From: Candidatus Norongarragalinales archaeon
GTDB taxonomy: Archaea; Micrarchaeota; Micrarchaeia; Norongarragalinales; Norongarragalinaceae
Length of the DNA: 64,000 nucleotides
Assembly (NCBI GenBank): GCA_038884755.1
Contig: JAWABJ010000001.1
Location: forward strand, 288,001 to 352,000
Reading direction: 5' to 3'
Shown here: positions 61,686 through 64,000 of the stretch, in pieces
Numbering within the stretch: position 1 is the first letter of the stretch
How the letters are laid out: every line of letters starts with the position of its first letter
Made by a program: the position numbers and the translations under genes
Notes under the pieces: model-generated
The model's database searches: none
The model's input: the letters and a program-made list of their open reading frames with translations, nothing else
Told to the model about the DNA's origin: nothing

Positions 61686-62057
61686 ATGACTGAAAAAATG
61701 GAATTGGCTAAAGCTAAAAATGAAGTGCAGTTTCATTTGGAAAACCTTTCGCACAAGGACCCTGTTGTGAAGCAAGTCGCCTTGAAACAGCTTGCCGAAA
61801 TTCGCGACCCGAACCTTGCGCCAATAGTGCAAAGGCGTTTGGGAAAAATCGCGGCACTTTTGAAAGACCCGCACCCTTTGACGCGCTCTCGCGCTGTCGA
61901 CGTGTTGTTTTTGTTCGGCAACTACAGCGTGCTGGACGACTTGAGAAAGATAGTTTCGAACAACGACGAGGGCAACGACGTAAGAAAACGCGCCGAACTC
62001 GCGATACGCAGGATAGGCGATTCGGAAAACCGGCGATTCGACCGGCTTTTCCGGTAG
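61686..62057 (+). CDS. HEAT-repeat protein
   Basis: Repeated L-x-x-x-D-P-x-(V/L)-x-x-x-A-x-x-x-L helical units. Confidence 0.8.
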   Translation: MTEKMELAKAKNEVQFHLENLSHKDPVVKQVALKQLAEIRDPNLAPIVQRRLGKIAALLKDPHPLTRSRAVDVLFLFGNYSVLDDLRKIVSNNDEGNDVRKRAELAIRRIGDSENRRFDRLFR

Positions 62058-62115
62058 CCGGTCTTCGCGCGCCGTTGCGTTGGATTTAATTAATTTTGCC
62101 TTTCTAAAAACAATT

Positions 62116-62667
62116 GTGAAGGAGTTTGTCGTTTTACTGCTAGTTTCGTTTTTGCTTGCGGGCTGCGTTTCCACGCAAAACCAAGCTTCGCCCAGCGCCG
62201 GAGGTAATAGATTGAAAGCTCAAAACGGGGATTTGGTTGCAGTCGATTATTTGGGAACCCTCGACGACGGACGTGTTTTCGACACTTCCATAAAGAGCGA
62301 GGCGGAAAAGGCGGGGTTGCCTTTGCGACCTTCTTACGCGCCTTTGGAGTTTACCGTCGGCGGAGGGCAAATGATAAAGGGCTTCGACAATGCTGTCGTG
62401 GGCATGGCCGAGGGCGAAGAGAAAACCGTAAAGCTTGAGCCTGCGGATGCTTACGGGGAAAAACGTGCTGATTTGATTGTCGAAATTCCTGCGTCGTCTT
62501 TTGGTGACAGGCCGCCTAGGCTGGGTGACAAGCTGCAGTCCGACACTGGAATGGTTGCAGTTGTGGTGAACGTTTCCAACCGCACGATAACCATAGACGC
62601 CAATCACGCTTTGGCAGGAAAAACGTTGACTTTCAAGATAATAATGCGCAAGATAACGAGAAAGTGA
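62116..62667 (+). CDS. FKBP-type (SlyD-like) peptidyl-prolyl isomerase with lipoprotein signal
   Basis: LLAGC lipobox; VDYLGTLDDGRVFDTS, GQMIKGFD, DAYG, DANHALAGKTLTF. Confidence 0.92.
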   Translation: MKEFVVLLLVSFLLAGCVSTQNQASPSAGGNRLKAQNGDLVAVDYLGTLDDGRVFDTSIKSEAEKAGLPLRPSYAPLEFTVGGGQMIKGFDNAVVGMAEGEEKTVKLEPADAYGEKRADLIVEIPASSFGDRPPRLGDKLQSDTGMVAVVVNVSNRTITIDANHALAGKTLTFKIIMRKITRK

Positions 62668-62694
62668 AAAAACCATTTTTTTGGGTTGGGACGA

Positions 62695-63332
62695 ATGCCT
62701 TTGAAGACTCTCAAGCGCTTGATTCTTCCTCCCGACGTGATGTTTTTCGACCTGATGGCGAAACAGGCGGAAACCGCTCATTCCGCTTCCCGGGCACTGT
62801 CGGAATTGATGGGGAATTACCGGAACGTCGGGGATGCGGCGAAAAAATCCGGGCGCTTGAGCACGACGGCGACGACCTGGTCCGCGAGGTTTACGCCGCG
62901 TTGCATTCCACTTTCATCGTTCCCATCGACCACGGGGACATTTCAATGCTCGCTGGGGCGATTGACGACGTGATAGACGTGGTCGACCATACGGCAGCCA
63001 CGCTTGTCGCGTACCATTTTGAAAAGCCCACGCTGGCAATGGCGAGGCTTGCTGAGTTGCTTGAACGCCAGAGCCTCGAACTTCAAAAAGCAATCTCTGC
63101 CATAAGCAACCCGCGCACGTACGGCCAGGCGGCTGCGTGCTGTGCGGAAATAAAGCGGCTTGAGGACGAGGCGGACGCGATTTACACTGCGGCGATAGGC
63201 GAGCTTTTCGCAAGCAGGGACGCGGTCGAGATAATAAAGCAGAAGGACGTTCTCGCCTGCCTTGAGACTGCAACGGACAAGGTGGACAAGGCGGCGCACA
63301 TCGTTTCCGACATAACCGTAAAACACGCGTAG
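62695..63332 (+). pseudogene. DUF47 (PhoU-like) Pit accessory protein, split by a one-base frameshift at the A6 run 62842-62847
   Basis: Frame 1 MPLKTLKRLILPPDVMFFDL...DAAKK continues in the -1 frame as IRALEHDGD...STFIVPIDHGDI...IDDVID...LEDEAD...ETATD. Confidence 0.8.
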
Positions 63333-63341
63333 TGTTTAGCA

Positions 63342-64000
63342 ATGCTGGAACTCATCGTTTTTACCATCGTGGTTGCTCTTGCTTTCGATTTCATCAACGG
63401 ATTTCACGATTCTGCCAACGCAATTTCGACTGTAGTCGCAACGCGAGTCATGACGCCAATACAAGCGGTTTCCATGGCCGCGGTCGGCAACCTTATCGGG
63501 CCTTTGTTTTTCAGCACTGCCGTCGCTGCAACCATGGGCAAGGGGATAATCGACACGAAACTGATTCAAAACCTGCTTCCGCAAGAGACGTTCGTAGTCA
63601 TGATTCTCGCAGCGGTCGTCGGCGCGATAGTTTGGGATTTGGTGACTTGGTACATAGGCATTCCAGTTTCAAGCAGCCACGCTCTCGTGGGGGGGCTTGT
63701 CGGCGCGGCTGGAGTTGCGCTCGGGGAGAAAGTGCTTTTGCTTGACGGGATAGGCAAAGTCTTGGTTTTCATGGTGGTTTCGCCCATTCTCGGGTTTATT
63801 GCCGCGTTCCTGCTTGCGCTAGTGGTAATGCGCCTTTCTAGCAAAACCCCGCCTTCGAAAGTCAACCACTGGTTCCAGAAGCTCCAGCTTTTCTCGGCGT
63901 TTTTTTATTCCGTGACGCACGGGACCAACGACGCGCAGAAAACGATGGGGATAATCACCATTTTATTGGTTGCAGGAGGCTTCCTCTCGACTTTCGACGT
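63342..64000 (+). CDS. PiT-family inorganic phosphate transporter, 5' part (runs off the window edge; not in ORF track)
   Basis: MLELIVF...FDFINGFHDSANAIST...GIPVSSSHAL.GG...HGTNDAQKTMG. Confidence 0.95.
   Translation, partial: MLELIVFTIVVALAFDFINGFHDSANAISTVVATRVMTPIQAVSMAAVGNLIGPLFFSTAVAATMGKGIIDTKLIQNLLPQETFVVMILAAVVGAIVWDLVTWYIGIPVSSSHALVGGLVGAAGVALGEKVLLLDGIGKVLVFMVVSPILGFIAAFLLALVVMRLSSKTPPSKVNHWFQKLQLFSAFFYSVTHGTNDAQKTMGIITILLVAGGFLSTFD

Overview
Archaeal chromosomal window of roughly 50% GC (estimated by eye). Gene content and style point to a DPANN archaeon, most likely Micrarchaeota-like; this is inference from the archaeal A-type ATP synthase operon, TyrRS, ATP-dependent ligase, FtsZ2, RtcB, a multi-intron tRNA and giant surface proteins. 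Housekeeping content: atpH-I-K-E-C-F-A(partial), ahcY, tyrS, a JAMM protein, tandem ftsZ2-type genes with a divergent ribbon-helix-helix gene, lig, a SufT/DUF59-like gene, scpA, a CPA2 antiporter, glyA, tandem-domain thyX, folC, a Lon-like S16 protease, rtcB, a HIT protein, a pyrD-like gene, an FKBP, a frameshifted DUF47 gene and a partial PiT gene. The most interesting parts are: (1) two paralogous giant membrane-anchored proteins (2037 and 3040 aa) plus a coupled PsbP-like gene; their N-terminal anchor motif recurs in a 171-aa mini-protein in an AT-richer, IS-scarred island; (2) a tight cluster of nine small uncharacterised membrane proteins containing two internal paralog families; (3) tRNA-Gly(CCC) with two introns and an atypical T-loop, facing G.U-rich structured non-coding stems; (4) an apparently catalytically dead HerA-like ATPase, a divergent beta-carbonic-anhydrase-like protein and a cell-surface protein with 33 N-glycosylation sequons. 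No rRNA, CRISPR array, reverse transcriptase or intact mobile element was seen. All calls come from manual motif recognition; no searches were run.
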